Positions 63,348 to 64,000 of a stretch of DNA of 64,000 nt are shown piece by piece; positions within the stretch are counted from its first letter, which is position 1; every line of letters starts with the position of its first letter. The notes under the pieces were generated by a model that was not told the DNA's origin, did no database searches, and was given only the letters and a program-made list of their open reading frames with translations. The translations under genes were made by a program, and so were the position numbers. The stretch comes from Callorhinchus milii (taxonomy: Eukaryota): contig NW_024704743.1 in assembly GCF_018977255.1 (NCBI RefSeq), positions 110,052,001 through 110,116,000 of the forward strand, written 5' to 3'.

Positions 63348-64000
63348 GTATGATTATAAATCCATCATCTAGCATTTTATTCTTTTCAAAAGATTCTGAC
63401 CATATTTCCTTGACTGCAACCCAAACGATTTTATGTGTTCTTGGTTGAGTGGAGGAAGGAGAGAAAAGTAAGAGCCATGTAATCTTAAACCGGTTCCAAT
63501 TAATATGTATCGCTGACTAGTTGCTACGACTTTGTCTCGGTGGCCAGTATGGATATTGGACTATTTCTGGGTGGGTCAGGTTTTGAAGTAAGGAGGGAGG
63601 TAGGAAGGGAAGTGGACTGGAGGAAGACAGCATCCTTTATGTAGTAGGTCAGTTAGGATTAGTGGTTTACTTTAATCGATCTATCTGCTGATTGGAATCC
63701 TGTCACCCAGGTGAAGCGAGACATGCCATGCAGTTCTCCAACCCCCTCCCATCCTCTTTACAAAATTGTGGGTTCAAACCTCACATCAGGACTCTGACTC
63801 ACAGTCTAGGCGGACACTCCAGTTCAGTGCTGAGAGAGCAATGTCGGGGGTGCCAACCTTCAGATGAGATGTTCAGCTGAGGTCCTGTCTGCCTGTTCAG
63901 GTGAATAATAAAAATCCCAGAGCACTATTCAAAAAGAGGGTGTTTCTCATGGTGTCCTGGACAACAATCCCCAGATAATATTGGTTATTCACTTCATCGC

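Overview
Eukaryotic (vertebrate) genomic DNA. The repeat content (L2 and CR1 LINEs, Deu-domain-type tRNA SINEs) suggests a cartilaginous fish, possibly a chimaera; this is inference. The whole window lies inside one + strand gene, adhesion GPCR B1 (ADGRB1/BAI1). I traced 20 consecutive GT-AG coding exons (2500..63347; 2317 nt, frame continuous, no stops) encoding TSR2-TSR5, HormR, GAIN/GPS and TM1 to TM5/ICL3. The 5' and 3' ends of the gene are outside the window. Introns are packed with SINEs, L2/CR1 fragments, a young 5'-truncated L2 with a nearly intact RT ORF, an unclassified ~550-bp repeat, small TA-flanked DNA transposons and a 29-bp minisatellite split by a LINE. Top leads: (1) a CpG-rich zone with an upstream in-frame ATG at the GPS-exon boundary, matching where mammalian ADGRB1 is reported to have an internal promoter; (2) a decayed partial copy of the TSR2 exon that keeps both splice sites; (3) inverted-repeat pairs whose arms share private changes; (4) a pre-miRNA-like hairpin. 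Exon numbers follow the human gene from memory. Almost all other ORFs in the supplied track are spurious.
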